A stretch of DNA of 64,000 nt from Candidatus Limivicinus sp. (lineage in GTDB: Bacteria > Bacillota > Clostridia > Oscillospirales > Oscillospiraceae), in the NCBI GenBank assembly GCA_050943875.1, contig JBMNPZ010000007.1, forward strand, positions 7,683 through 71,682, written 5' to 3'. Both the position numbers and the translations under genes were made by a program. Shown piece after piece: positions 54,079 to 63,636 of the stretch (its first letter is position 1; every line of letters starts with the position of its first letter). The notes under the pieces are model-generated. The model did no database searches, was not told the origin of the DNA, and saw only the letters and a list, made by a program, of their open reading frames with translations.

Positions 54079-54261
54079 GCCCGTCCCTCCAAATAAAAAA
54101 AGCCGACGGCCTCTGCACATGCAGAAGTCATCAGCTCTAAGCAATTTCGGTATAACCGCGGGAGTACTTCTTTCCCGATGAAATTCTACCACAGATTTTC
54201 GGTAATTTCAATCCGAAAGAATTCCTTTTTCCACTGCGGCAGTACAGGCCGCAGACAATTC

Positions 54262-54290
54262 TTGACAGGTGCGGGATTTTTCAGTATAGT
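54262..54290 (+). promoter_or_regulatory. Sigma-A type promoter upstream of the first MATE gene
   Basis: TTGACA (54262-54267), 17-nt spacer, TATAGT (54285-54290). This leaves a leader of roughly 125 nt. Confidence 0.55.
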
Positions 54291-54423
54291 GGAAGGGCTA
54301 TTGTGATGATCTGTCCTGCAGTTCATCCTGCCGTCTTTATGCGGCCTGCTTTAGTATCTTTGAGCGGGTGCATAGAGATTTTTTTATTTCATAGGCACTT
54401 TAAGCGGACAGGAGATTTAAAAT

Positions 54424-55746
54424 ATGCAGTTTTCACAGCATTTCACATACAGGAGAATACTCCGTGCGGCGTTCCCCCCTGTGGTAATGATGCTCTTCAC
54501 ATCCCTCTACAGCGTGGCGGACGGCCTCTTCCTCGCCAACTTTGCGGGCAGGGACGCCTTTGCCGCCGTGGGCTTCATCACGCCCTATCTGATGCTCTTC
54601 AACAGCGTGGGCTTCATGTTCGGCACCGGCGGAACCGCCCTGATTGCAAAAAAGCTGGGGGAGAACAGGGCCTCCGATGCAAATGAAATATTTTCCACTC
54701 TGGTCCTGTGCTCGGCCCTCACCGGGGTTCTGCTCACCGCGGCGGGACAGATCTTTCTCCTCCCTGCCGCAAGGCTCCAGGGGGCTACCGGGGCGCTGCT
54801 GGAGAACAGCCTCCGCTACGGCCGCATCTACCTCCTTGGGACCGCGCCCTGTCTTGTGCAGTTTGAGTTTGAGGCCCTGTATTCCTGCTCCGGGAAAAGC
54901 CGGCTGGGGCTCATATCCTCCGTCGTCTCCGGACTGATGAACATCCTGCTGGATGCCCTCTTCCTGGGGGGCTTCGGCTGGGGCATCACCGGCGCCGCCG
55001 CTGCCACGGTCATGAGCCAGTGGATGGGCGGACTCTTTCCCGTCTTCTACTACGGCAGGGAGAACAGCAGTCAGCTCCGCCTTGTGAAGGGCCGCTTCCG
55101 GGGGCGGGAGCTCCTGAAAATCTGCGCCAACGGCTCCTCCGAGATGGTGAACAATGTCTCCATCTCCGTGGTGAGCTTTTTCTACAATATCCAGCTCATA
55201 AACTACGCGGGGTCCGACGGACTTGCCGCCTACGGGATCATGAACTATGTGAGCTTTCTCTTCACCGCGGTGTTCTGGGGCTACATCACCGGGATTGCAC
55301 CTGTCATCAGCTTCCACTACGGGGCAAAGAACTGCGGGGAGCTCAGGAGCCTGCTGAGGAAAAGTCTGGTGCTGGCGGGCTGCTGCTCGGCCGTGATGTT
55401 CCTCCTGTCCGAGCTTCTGGCGGAGCCCATCTCTCTCATGTACGCGGGCCATACGCCTGGGCTTCTGGAGATGAGCGTCCACGGCTTCCGGCTCTTCGCA
55501 TTCAGCTTCCTGTTCTCGGGGCTGTCGATTTTCTTCTCCTCCTTCTTTACTGCCCTGAATAACGGGCTCATCTCCGCGCTTCTCTCCGCCTCCAGGGTCT
55601 TTCTCTTCCAGATTCCCTCGGTTCTGCTGCTGCCGCTGCTCTGGGGGCTGGACGGGATATGGCTCTCCGTGGGGGCTGCCGAGTGCATGTGCGTCCTGCT
55701 GGGCGTCTTTTTCCTTTTGAAAAACAGAAAAAAATACGGATACTGA
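54424..55746 (+). CDS. MATE family efflux transporter
   Basis: 440 aa with 12 TM helices and a MatE-type N-terminus (PPVVMMLFTSLYSVADGLFLANFAG). Confidence 0.88.
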   Translation: MQFSQHFTYRRILRAAFPPVVMMLFTSLYSVADGLFLANFAGRDAFAAVGFITPYLMLFNSVGFMFGTGGTALIAKKLGENRASDANEIFSTLVLCSALTGVLLTAAGQIFLLPAARLQGATGALLENSLRYGRIYLLGTAPCLVQFEFEALYSCSGKSRLGLISSVVSGLMNILLDALFLGGFGWGITGAAAATVMSQWMGGLFPVFYYGRENSSQLRLVKGRFRGRELLKICANGSSEMVNNVSISVVSFFYNIQLINYAGSDGLAAYGIMNYVSFLFTAVFWGYITGIAPVISFHYGAKNCGELRSLLRKSLVLAGCCSAVMFLLSELLAEPISLMYAGHTPGLLEMSVHGFRLFAFSFLFSGLSIFFSSFFTALNNGLISALLSASRVFLFQIPSVLLLPLLWGLDGIWLSVGAAECMCVLLGVFFLLKNRKKYGY

Positions 55747-55769
55747 CTACAATTCTGGAGGCTTATAAA

Positions 55770-56057
55770 ATGAAATTTGCGTTTATCATCATGGGGACGG
55801 GCTTCGACCCCAAATCTGATGTTGCTGTGATCCACGGCGGGGATGCCCGTATAATAGGCGTTTCCTCTATTGAGGAGGCCTGCAGGGAGGCAGAGGTGCT
55901 CATGGCAGAGGGAGTTTCCTGCCTTGAGCTCTGCGGTGCCTTCGGGCCTGAGGGGGCGGAGAAGGTCATAGAGGCCACTGAAAACCGGCTAGCTGTGGGC
56001 TATGTCACCCATCTGCCCGCCCAGGACGGCATTTTTGAGGCGCTTTTCGGTGCCTGA
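55770..56057 (+). CDS. Small soluble protein of unknown function (95 aa)
   Basis: MKFAFIIMGTGFDP... with a GGAGG RBS before ATG 55770, followed by a strong terminator. The track ORF start 55659 overlaps the MATE gene. Confidence 0.6.
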   Translation: MKFAFIIMGTGFDPKSDVAVIHGGDARIIGVSSIEEACREAEVLMAEGVSCLELCGAFGPEGAEKVIEATENRLAVGYVTHLPAQDGIFEALFGA

Positions 56058-56085
56058 GTGCTGCGCCCTGAGGGGAATACAGGTA

Positions 56086-56128
56086 AAAAGGCCCGGGGAG
56101 CTCTGACATGCAGGGTTCCCCGGGCCTT
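56086..56128 (+). terminator. Rho-independent terminator
   Basis: AAAGGCCCGGGGA-N17-TCCCCGGGCCTTT followed by GATTTT. Confidence 0.75.
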
Positions 56129-56208
56129 TGATTTTAGATGTTTTACAAATCTATAAAAACGGTGTACCATAGGTTCTGAAATATATAATCTGACAAAGGA
56201 GCATTGCC

Positions 56209-57669
56209 GTGAAGGGACAGGAATTTATTTTAAATACGGAGCAGCTGGAAAATGCCGTCAAGGATTTCGTCCATGATTTCTGCGAGGACAAGCACAATAT
56301 TCACACTCAGCCTGTGATTCAGGAGGCGGAGCAGCCCCAGCTGGACAAGCTGAGAAATATGGAGATTCCGAAAAAGGGGCGTCCGGTGGAGGAAGTGGTG
56401 GAGGAGATGGAGCGGGAGGTATATCACTTCTGCGGCAACGCCAACCACCCCCGCTTCTTCGGCTTTGTACCCGGCCCCGCCTCCTGCGTCAGCTGGCTTG
56501 GGGATGTGATGACCGCGGCCTACAACATCCACGCCGGGGGCAGCAGGCTCTGTCCCACTGTAAACTGCATTGAGCAGAATCTGATACGTTGGATGGCAGA
56601 TCTGGCCGGCTTCGGGCCTAAGGCCGGCGGAATTTTTGTCAGCGGCGGCTCCATGGCAAATATTACGGCCCTCACCGCGGCCAGAGACCGGAAGCTCACG
56701 GAGAACACGCTCCACCTGGGTGTGGCATATGTCTCCGACCAGACCCACAGCTCCGTGGCCAAGGGTCTGCGGATAATCGGCATCACCGAGGGGAGGCTGC
56801 GCACCATCCCCACCGATGAGAATTTCCGCATGCGCACCGACCTCCTGGAGCAGGAGATCAAAAAGGACATTGAAAATGGCATGATACCCTTTGCCGTCAT
56901 CGGTACGGCGGGGACCACAAACACCGGGAGCGTGGACCCGCTCCGGGAAATCGCGGACATATGCAAAAAATACGAAATGTGGTTCCATATAGACGGGGCA
57001 CTGGGGGGTTCGGTTCTCCTCAGCAGCAGACACAGGGATATGCTGGACGGGGTGGAGCTGGCCGACAGCCTCAGCTGGGATGCCCACAAGTGGCTATTTC
57101 AGACCTACGGCTGCGCGGCGGTTCTGGTGAAGAATCTGGCGGATCTTGAGAAGAGCTTCTCCGTGACTCCGGAATATCTGCGGGACCTGAGTCAGGACAG
57201 CGATATGATAAACGTCTACGACATCGGGATTGAGCTCACCCGCCCCGCAAGGGGGCTGAAGCTCTGGCTCACCCTCCAGGTGCTGGGTACCGAGCTCATG
57301 GGTTCGGCCATAGACCAGGGCTTCCAGCTTGCAAAATGGGCCCAGGAGACTCTTGAGAGTCAGGAGAACTGGGAGATCGTCTCTCCGGCACAGATGGCTA
57401 TGGTGAATTTCCGCTACTCCCCCGCCGACCTCACGGAGGAGCAGAAGGATGAGCTGAACGAAAAAGTCTCCGCCCGCCTCAACGAGAGCGGCTATGCGGC
57501 CATTTTCACCACCGTGCTGAACGGACATGTGGTTCTCAGGCTCTGCGCCATCCATCCGGAGACCACAAAGGATGACATACAGACCACCCTGCAGCTTATG
57601 AACAAATACGCCCTGGAAATTCACGGGCAGATGCATCAGGGAGACAACCCGACAGGCTCCTCCCTCTGA
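56209..57669 (+). CDS. Group II PLP-dependent aromatic amino-acid decarboxylase (DDC/tyrosine/tryptophan decarboxylase family)
   Basis: [27 protein letters not shown] and [10 protein letters not shown]. The PLP-lysine motif is [16 protein letters not shown] start with an AAAGGAG RBS. Confidence 0.9.
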   Translation: MKGQEFILNTEQLENAVKDFVHDFCEDKHNIHTQPVIQEAEQPQLDKLRNMEIPKKGRPVEEVVEEMEREVYHFCGNANHPRFFGFVPGPASCVSWLGDVMTAAYNIHAGGSRLCPTVNCIEQNLIRWMADLAGFGPKAGGIFVSGGSMANITALTAARDRKLTENTLHLGVAYVSDQTHSSVAKGLRIIGITEGRLRTIPTDENFRMRTDLLEQEIKKDIENGMIPFAVIGTAGTTNTGSVDPLREIADICKKYEMWFHIDGALGGSVLLSSRHRDMLDGVELADSLSWDAHKWLFQTYGCAAVLVKNLADLEKSFSVTPEYLRDLSQDSDMINVYDIGIELTRPARGLKLWLTLQVLGTELMGSAIDQGFQLAKWAQETLESQENWEIVSPAQMAMVNFRYSPADLTEEQKDELNEKVSARLNESGYAAIFTTVLNGHVVLRLCAIHPETTKDDIQTTLQLMNKYALEIHGQMHQGDNPTGSSL

Positions 57670-57684
57670 TTCAGAATATAAGAA

Positions 57685-57723
57685 AGCCCCCGAAGGCCGC
57701 CGTTTCCGCGGTCTTCGGGGGCT
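57685..57723. terminator. Bidirectional terminator between the decarboxylase and the convergent MATE gene
   Basis: AGCCCCCGAAG-N17-CTTCGGGGGCT followed by GAAATTTTT. Confidence 0.7.
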
Positions 57724-57757
57724 GAAATTTTTATATATGTCTGTGCCTGATGGAGAT

Positions 57758-59137
57758 TTATTCCTCCGGGGCGTCCCTGTGCTTTTTTGTACCCATGATG
57801 CTGTTGTGATAGAGAATGCTCATGAGTATTGAGCAGACAATCCAGCCCATGGGATAGGCGATGGAGATAAGGTTGAAGTTGTTGCCCAGCTGCTTCACGA
57901 TATAGAGATATATCTGGCGGAAGAGCACAAAGGAGAATAGCATTATAATCGTCGGGACATTTGCATTGCCCACTCCCCTGAGGGCGCCGGCGTATATCTG
58001 GTTAAAACAGCAGATAATATAGAAGGGCGCGATGATCCTCAGGAAATGCACCCCGTAGGCTATGACCTCCTCATCGGCCGTAAAGAGACGGCAGAGGTAC
58101 GGGGAGAGCAGCATCACCACAACCACCAGAAGGCTTGTGATTACAAGGGACATGCGGAGGGATTTTCTGGCCCCCTCCTTCGCCCGGTCGATCTGCTCGG
58201 CCCCGAAATTCTGTCCCACAAAGGTGGTGGATGCCATGGAGATGGCCTGCAGGGGGATGAGAATAAAAATATCGATTTTATTGTAGCTGGTCCAGCCAGC
58301 CATGCAGGCGGAGCCGAAAAAGTTTATATAGCTCTGGACAAAGACATTGGAAAATGAGGTTATGGCCTGCTGTATGGCGGAGGGCAAGCCTATGTTTAGA
58401 ATCCGCCTCAGCATATGGGAGTCAAGCCTGATCTTTTTCCAGCGGATTCCGTAGGCCGCCTTGTCTTTTGTTAGGACAATCATCACAAGCACGGCGGAGA
58501 GGCCCTGAGCGAGAATCGTGGCAAAGGCTACTCCCGCCACGCCCATGTGGAAGGCGATAACAAAAAGAAGGTCAAACACTATATTGAGAAGCGCGGAGAA
58601 ACAGAGGAAATATATGGGCCGCCGGGCGTCACCCACCGCCCGGAGTATGCCGGAGCCTATATTGTAGATGAAAAGCCCGCTGAGACCGGAGAAGAATATG
58701 CTCAGATACTGCCTCGCGCTGTCCATCACATCTGCAGGTGTTTTCATCAGACGGAGCATTGGGTCAACTATGAAAAGCCCCAGAATCGTGCCGGCAACGG
58801 ACATGATAAAGGCGCCCGCCATGGTGGTGTGGACGGCCTTTGAAAGCTTCTCGTTGTCGTGGGCGCCGTAGCACTGGGAGACCACCACCGACGCGCCGGT
58901 TGCAAGCCCCGCGCCCAGTCCCACAAGCATATTGATAATTGAGGCGGTGCTGCCCACGGCGGCCAGGGCCTCCTTGCCCACAAAACGGCCCACGACAATG
59001 GTGTCCACCGTATTGTAGAGCTGCTGAAAAAGCATCCCGATGGACAGGGTGACGGCGTAGGTCACAAGCTGGGAATAAATCGGCCCGCTTGTCATATCTG
59101 AATCCCGCCCGCTCATTAAACGGCTCGTAACTGTCAC
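57758..59137 (-). CDS. MATE family efflux transporter
   Basis: 459 aa with 12 TM helices and the MatE motif (QQLYNTVDTIVVGRFVGKEALAAVG). The start may be an internal Met. Confidence 0.88.
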   Translation of the reverse strand: MTVTSRLMSGRDSDMTSGPIYSQLVTYAVTLSIGMLFQQLYNTVDTIVVGRFVGKEALAAVGSTASIINMLVGLGAGLATGASVVVSQCYGAHDNEKLSKAVHTTMAGAFIMSVAGTILGLFIVDPMLRLMKTPADVMDSARQYLSIFFSGLSGLFIYNIGSGILRAVGDARRPIYFLCFSALLNIVFDLLFVIAFHMGVAGVAFATILAQGLSAVLVMIVLTKDKAAYGIRWKKIRLDSHMLRRILNIGLPSAIQQAITSFSNVFVQSYINFFGSACMAGWTSYNKIDIFILIPLQAISMASTTFVGQNFGAEQIDRAKEGARKSLRMSLVITSLLVVVVMLLSPYLCRLFTADEEVIAYGVHFLRIIAPFYIICCFNQIYAGALRGVGNANVPTIIMLFSFVLFRQIYLYIVKQLGNNFNLISIAYPMGWIVCSILMSILYHNSIMGTKKHRDAPEE

Positions 59138-59387
59138 CCCTTAAAATTACTTTTATTTGCAGAATATCTGCCTGGAAATTTCAGATGAGTTCTGTCCCGC
59201 TCAATCAGGCAGACAAGAACCCATATTAAATATATTAGGCCGCAGACAGTCCCTTGTCAAGGAAGTCCGTGCGGCTGAGATGTAGATTTTCAGCCCGAAT
59301 TTTTGTTGAAAAATATCAAATAATATTTATTTAAAACTGTACCATATTATGGTATATTGTTCTCGGAGTTTAAGAAAGGAGGGAAAA

Positions 59388-59888
59388 ATGAGAAAAATTA
59401 CTGCACTTGTCATGTGCCTTTTTGCAATTCTGTCCCTGGCCGCCTGCGGAAATTCCGGCTCCGGTGAGAATGCACAGCTCCCCAACCCCTTCGTGGACTA
59501 TGAGACCCCGGAGGAGATGCAGAAAGCCGCCGGTCTGGAGGTCACACTGCCTGAAAATCTCCCAGACTGGGTCAGTGAGACCCTCTACCGCGCCATCCCC
59601 GGAGAGCTTGTGGAGGTAATCTACACCGACGGCGACAATGAGATCCGTGTGCGGGTCAAGGAGGGCTCTGAGGATATCAGCGGGGTCTATGATTCCGGCA
59701 GTCTCGAGGAAAGAGATGTGCCTCTCGGTGAAAATACCGCTCATCTGAAGGGTGAGACCCTTGAGAGCGGGGAATTTTCCGTTCAGGTCTGTATCTGGAG
59801 CAGCAGCGAGGGCCGCAGCTATTCCGTCACCTCACGAAACGGGGTACCCGAGGATATACTCCTGCCCATCGCCGCCCAGGTCAGCTGA
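59388..59888 (+). CDS. Secreted lipoprotein of unknown function
   Basis: Lipobox MRKITALVMCLFAILSLAACG. AAGGAGGG RBS lies before ATG 59388. Confidence 0.7.
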   Translation: MRKITALVMCLFAILSLAACGNSGSGENAQLPNPFVDYETPEEMQKAAGLEVTLPENLPDWVSETLYRAIPGELVEVIYTDGDNEIRVRVKEGSEDISGVYDSGSLEERDVPLGENTAHLKGETLESGEFSVQVCIWSSSEGRSYSVTSRNGVPEDILLPIAAQVS

Positions 59889-60021
59889 CAGGCCGGGCCG
59901 TCTTCAAAAGCATATTTTTGTCCGTATTAAAAACTGATGATTCTTAAACTCCGGTATTAAAGTCAAAGCGAAATCAATTCCCCCGCATTCAGTCAGAAGC
60001 AGAGTCGTAATATGGATTTTT

Positions 60022-60048
60022 AAAGCTGCCCGATAAGCGGGCAGCTTT
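60022..60048. terminator. Bidirectional terminator
   Basis: AAAGCTGCCCG-N5-CGGGCAGCTTT. It overlaps the TetR stop codon. Confidence 0.7.
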
Positions 60049-60614
60049 TATTTTATAACAGGAGATATTCCTATGGGCTCAATCACCGCCCGGAAATAGC
60101 GGTCCAGCTCCTCCGGCGTCTGCTGCATGTGCCCCTTTATCCACCAGTGCACCATATCTACAAAGCTGCAGGTGACGTGATTTATAAGGAACTCAATGGG
60201 AATATCCCTTGTGGCCTCTGTCCTGCTGATGCTGAACTGGCTGCGGATGAGCTCATTCATGCTGGTCTTAAAATAAGCCAGAAAGAGCTCACTGCTCTCG
60301 CAGGAGAGGAGGCCGAGGATATTGCTGTCGTTCTTCTCCAGATGCTTCAGCAGGTGGCAGAACACGGATCGGGGCGCATCCCTGCGGGAGTCTGCGGAAT
60401 CCACCGCCACGGCGATAACATGGCCGAAGAGCTCTTCACACACGGATTTCAGGAGTTCATCCTTTGTCTCAAAATGTGCATAGAATGTGGTCCGCCCCAC
60501 ATTTGCGGCGTCTATAATATCCTGAACGGTTATGCTGCTGTAATTCTTTTCCGCCAGCAGGGCCGTAAAAGCGTCATAGATGGCCTTTCTGGTTTTCTGC
60601 TGTCTTCTGTCCAT
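60048..60614 (-). CDS. TetR/AcrR family transcriptional regulator
   Basis: MDRRQQKTRKAIYDAFTALLAEKNYSSITVQDIIDAANVGRTTFYAHF (TetR HTH). I chose ATG 60614. Confidence 0.9.
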   Translation of the reverse strand: MDRRQQKTRKAIYDAFTALLAEKNYSSITVQDIIDAANVGRTTFYAHFETKDELLKSVCEELFGHVIAVAVDSADSRRDAPRSVFCHLLKHLEKNDSNILGLLSCESSELFLAYFKTSMNELIRSQFSISRTEATRDIPIEFLINHVTCSFVDMVHWWIKGHMQQTPEELDRYFRAVIEPIGISPVIK

Positions 60615-60784
60615 AGGCCGCCCCTTTCGGTACAAACAGATGAAACTGTTCCGTAGCAAACAGAGCGCCTGCATTATCCGTTGAACTGTCCGCCCTGTCC
60701 GTTTAGAATGATAACGAACATAATGTTTGTTACCGTACTAATAGTACCGAAATTTTGAAGAGATGTCAAGCGGGAGCGGAGAAG

Positions 60785-61654
60785 ATGAGAACTAAAGAAA
60801 AAAACTCAATATTTTTGGCAATACTGGCCGCGGCGCTCTATTCCCTCAGCTCCCCGTTGTCAAAGCTGCTGCTGGGGCGGGTCTCCTCTGTTACCATGGC
60901 GGGGCTCCTCTATCTGGGTGCCGGCATCGGGCTTGTGATACTGAGACTTATTCAGCGGCTGGCGGGTCTTGCAATCCCGGAAAAAAGGCTCTCGGTGAAG
61001 GACGCCCCCTGGACACTTGCCATGGTCCTGCTGGACACCGCGGCACCTATCTGCCTTATGTCGGGGCTCAGAACGACCACCGCCGCCAACGCCTCGCTGC
61101 TGAACAATTTTGAAATTGTCGCCACTTCTCTCATTGCGATGTTTATTTTTAAGGAGAAAATCTCAAAAAGGCTCTGGGCGGCGATCTCTCTGGTGACCCT
61201 GGCCAGCATTATACTCACAGTGGAGGACGTCTGCAGCTTTCAGTTCTCCTCCGGCTCGCTGCTGGTGCTTTTGGCCTCTGTATGCTGGGGCTTTGAGAAT
61301 AACTGCACCCGCAGGATCTCCAATAAGGACCCGCTCCAGATTGTGGTAATAAAAGGCTTCGGCTCCGGAATCATCTCGCTGCTTATCGCATCCGCCGCAG
61401 GAGAACAGCTGCCGGCGCTGAAATATATCCTCTTTGCGCTGCTTCTGGGCTTTGTCGCCTACGGACTGAGCATTCTCTTTTATATCTATGCCCAGCGCAG
61501 TCTTGGAGCGGCAAAAACCAGCACCTATTATGCGGTTGCGCCCTTTATCGGCACCGCGCTCTCTCTTGCCATTTTCCGGGAAGCGCCGCCGCTCTCCTTC
61601 TGGATTGCCCTTCTCATCATGGCCTCCGGGGCCCGCCTCGCCTCAACAGAGTGA
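60785..61654 (+). CDS. DMT superfamily (EamA-like) transporter
   Basis: 10 TM helices arranged as two EamA-type repeats. It is divergent from the TetR gene. Confidence 0.85.
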   Translation: MRTKEKNSIFLAILAAALYSLSSPLSKLLLGRVSSVTMAGLLYLGAGIGLVILRLIQRLAGLAIPEKRLSVKDAPWTLAMVLLDTAAPICLMSGLRTTTAANASLLNNFEIVATSLIAMFIFKEKISKRLWAAISLVTLASIILTVEDVCSFQFSSGSLLVLLASVCWGFENNCTRRISNKDPLQIVVIKGFGSGIISLLIASAAGEQLPALKYILFALLLGFVAYGLSILFYIYAQRSLGAAKTSTYYAVAPFIGTALSLAIFREAPPLSFWIALLIMASGARLASTE

Positions 61655-61669
61655 ATCCGGGATAATAAA

Positions 61670-61702
61670 GACCCGCAGGGCTTAATTGTAGTCCTGCGGG
61701 TC
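61670..61702. terminator. Bidirectional terminator
   Basis: GACCCGCAGG-N13-CCTGCGGGTC. Confidence 0.7.
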
Positions 61703-61719
61703 GTTGTTGTGATTTGATA

Positions 61720-62700
61720 TTATTCCCACTCTATGGTGCCGGTGGGCTTCGGTGTGAGGTCGTAGAGGACGCGGTTGACGCCCTTTACCTCGCTTGTAAT
61801 CCTCGCGGTGATATGCTCGAGCAGCTCAAAGGGGATGTTCTCCACTGTGGCGGTCATGGCGTCCACGGTATTGACGGCACGGATTATAACGGGCCAGTCG
61901 TAGCTGCGTTTGCCGTCCTTAACACCGGTGGACTTGAAATCGGGTACAACAGTAAAGTACTGCCACACCTTTTCCGCAAGGCCGTTCTTCGCAAACTCCT
62001 CCCGGAGTATGGCATCGGATTCCCTCACAGCCTCAAGGCGGTCACGGGTAATGGCGCCTATGCAGCGCACGCCGAGGCCGGGGCCGGGGAAGGGCTGGCG
62101 GTTGACCATGGAATCAGGCAGGCCCAGTGCCCTGCCCACTACGCGGACTTCGTCTTTATAGAGGAACTTCAGGGGCTCAACCAGTTTGAACTGGAGATCC
62201 TCCGGCAGGCCGCCCACGTTGTGGTGAGATTTTACACCGCCGCTCTCCAGAATGTCGGGATAAATCGTGCCCTGAGCCAAAAACTCGATCCCCTCAAGCT
62301 TTCTGGCCTCCTCCTCAAAGATGCGGATAAACTCTGCACCGATAATCTTGCGCTTGGTTTCCGGATCGTCCACACCGGCCAGCTTCTCAAGAAAGCGGTC
62401 GGAGGCGTCCACATAGATGAGATTTGCATCCATCTGATGGCGGAAGACCTCAACCACCTGCTCAGGCTCACCCTTCCGCAGGAGGCCGTGGTTTACATGC
62501 ACGCAGTTGACCTGTCTGCCCACCGCTTTTATAAGCAGAGCCGCCACAACGGAGGAATCAACTCCGCCAGACAGCGCCAGAAGAACCTTTTTGCTGCCTA
62601 TCTCCCTGCGGAGCCCGGTCACCTGGGCGGCGATGAATGCCTCGGCAAGCTCCGGTGTTGTGATGCGTTCCATATTTTCGGGGCGTTTATTATCTGACAT
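61720..62700 (-). CDS. guaA: GMP synthase ATP-pyrophosphatase/dimerisation part only (GuaA C-terminal domains, no glutamine amidotransferase domain)
   Basis: PP-loop LLALSGGVDSSV, HHNVGGLP, PFPGPGLGVR and the canonical C-terminus ...PTGTIEWE. 326 aa from ATG 62700 with an AAAGGAAGGG RBS. Confidence 0.88.
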   Translation of the reverse strand: MSDNKRPENMERITTPELAEAFIAAQVTGLRREIGSKKVLLALSGGVDSSVVAALLIKAVGRQVNCVHVNHGLLRKGEPEQVVEVFRHQMDANLIYVDASDRFLEKLAGVDDPETKRKIIGAEFIRIFEEEARKLEGIEFLAQGTIYPDILESGGVKSHHNVGGLPEDLQFKLVEPLKFLYKDEVRVVGRALGLPDSMVNRQPFPGPGLGVRCIGAITRDRLEAVRESDAILREEFAKNGLAEKVWQYFTVVPDFKSTGVKDGKRSYDWPVIIRAVNTVDAMTATVENIPFELLEHITARITSEVKGVNRVLYDLTPKPTGTIEWE

Positions 62701-62731
62701 TTTATTCCCTTCCTTTCCACTGACTAGAGAA

Positions 62732-62760
62732 ATTATACATTTCCCGCGGCCTATGTGCAA
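62732..62760 (-). promoter_or_regulatory. Sigma-A type promoter of the stand-alone guaA-C gene
   Basis: Minus strand TTGCAC (62760..62755), 17-nt spacer, TATAAT (62737..62732). The leader is only about 30 nt. Confidence 0.55.
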
Positions 62761-62896
62761 GTATTAAAAGTTCCGATTTTACGGCCCTCTGCAGCTCTCC
62801 CTTTGTGCTCACTGCGGGAAAGGCAGAAGGCAAAGGCCGATTTCCCGGATTCTGCTGAGCGGACTGCAGGATATCCTGTCCGGTCCGCCTGTTCTC

Positions 62897-63634
62897 TCAG
62901 TCCTCCGGGTCTCTGTAGGTGTTCCAGAGTCTCCGCTTATGCTCACTGCGGGCGTGGTAGCGCCGGATTATCTCCCGCTCCTCCCCGCTCACCTCGCCGC
63001 CGCTGATATAGCTGTCGATGGCCCTGTAGCTGACGCCCATCTCCTGCTCGTCGGTCTGGCCGTCGTATAGTCCGCCTGAGGGGGCCTTGTCTATCACGCA
63101 GCGGGGCGCATTCAGGTATTCAAGAAATTCAAAAATCTCCGTGGCGGTGAGGTCCGCGATGGGGTTGAAATCCGAGGCTCCGTCGCCCCACTTGGTGAAG
63201 TAGCCCATGTATATCTCGCTGCGGTTGCCTGTGCCCGCCACAAGTCTGTTCTCTGAGGCGGCGACAGCGTAGAGGGTGGTCATGCGCAGACGGGGCGCAA
63301 TATTGGTGATGGCCATGTCCGTCATCTCAGTCACACCTTCCAGGGCCTTCAGCTCCGCCTCCCGGACAGGGCTCAGGTCCACAGTCCTTATCTCTATGCC
63401 GTAGTTCTCTGCCAGGGCTCTCCCGTCGTCGGCGTCCGCGCCGTAATTCCGCTTTGAGGCGCAGGGCATAATAATTCCCACGGTGTTTTCACAGGCCGCC
63501 TTGCAGAGTATACCCACAAGGGCGCTGTCCTTGCCGCCGGAGTTGCCGAAGACTATGCCGGAGCTGCGGCTCTCCTTCAGCAGATTTTTTATATATTCCG
63601 TTCTGTTTTCAAATTCTTTTTTGTAGTCCCGCAT
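62897..63634 (-). CDS. nadE: Ammonia-dependent NAD+ synthetase
   Basis: 245 aa with PP-loop GNSGGKDSAL and no nitrilase/glutaminase domain. Confidence 0.9.
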   Translation of the reverse strand: MRDYKKEFENRTEYIKNLLKESRSSGIVFGNSGGKDSALVGILCKAACENTVGIIMPCASKRNYGADADDGRALAENYGIEIRTVDLSPVREAELKALEGVTEMTDMAITNIAPRLRMTTLYAVAASENRLVAGTGNRSEIYMGYFTKWGDGASDFNPIADLTATEIFEFLEYLNAPRCVIDKAPSGGLYDGQTDEQEMGVSYRAIDSYISGGEVSGEEREIIRRYHARSEHKRRLWNTYRDPED

Positions 63635-63636
63635 AT

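Noticed and set aside
62701-62896. Purine/guanine riboswitch upstream of the guaA-like gene
   Set aside because: A good promoter at 62760..62732 leaves only about 30 nt of leader. No conserved purine-riboswitch core could be found on the minus strand.
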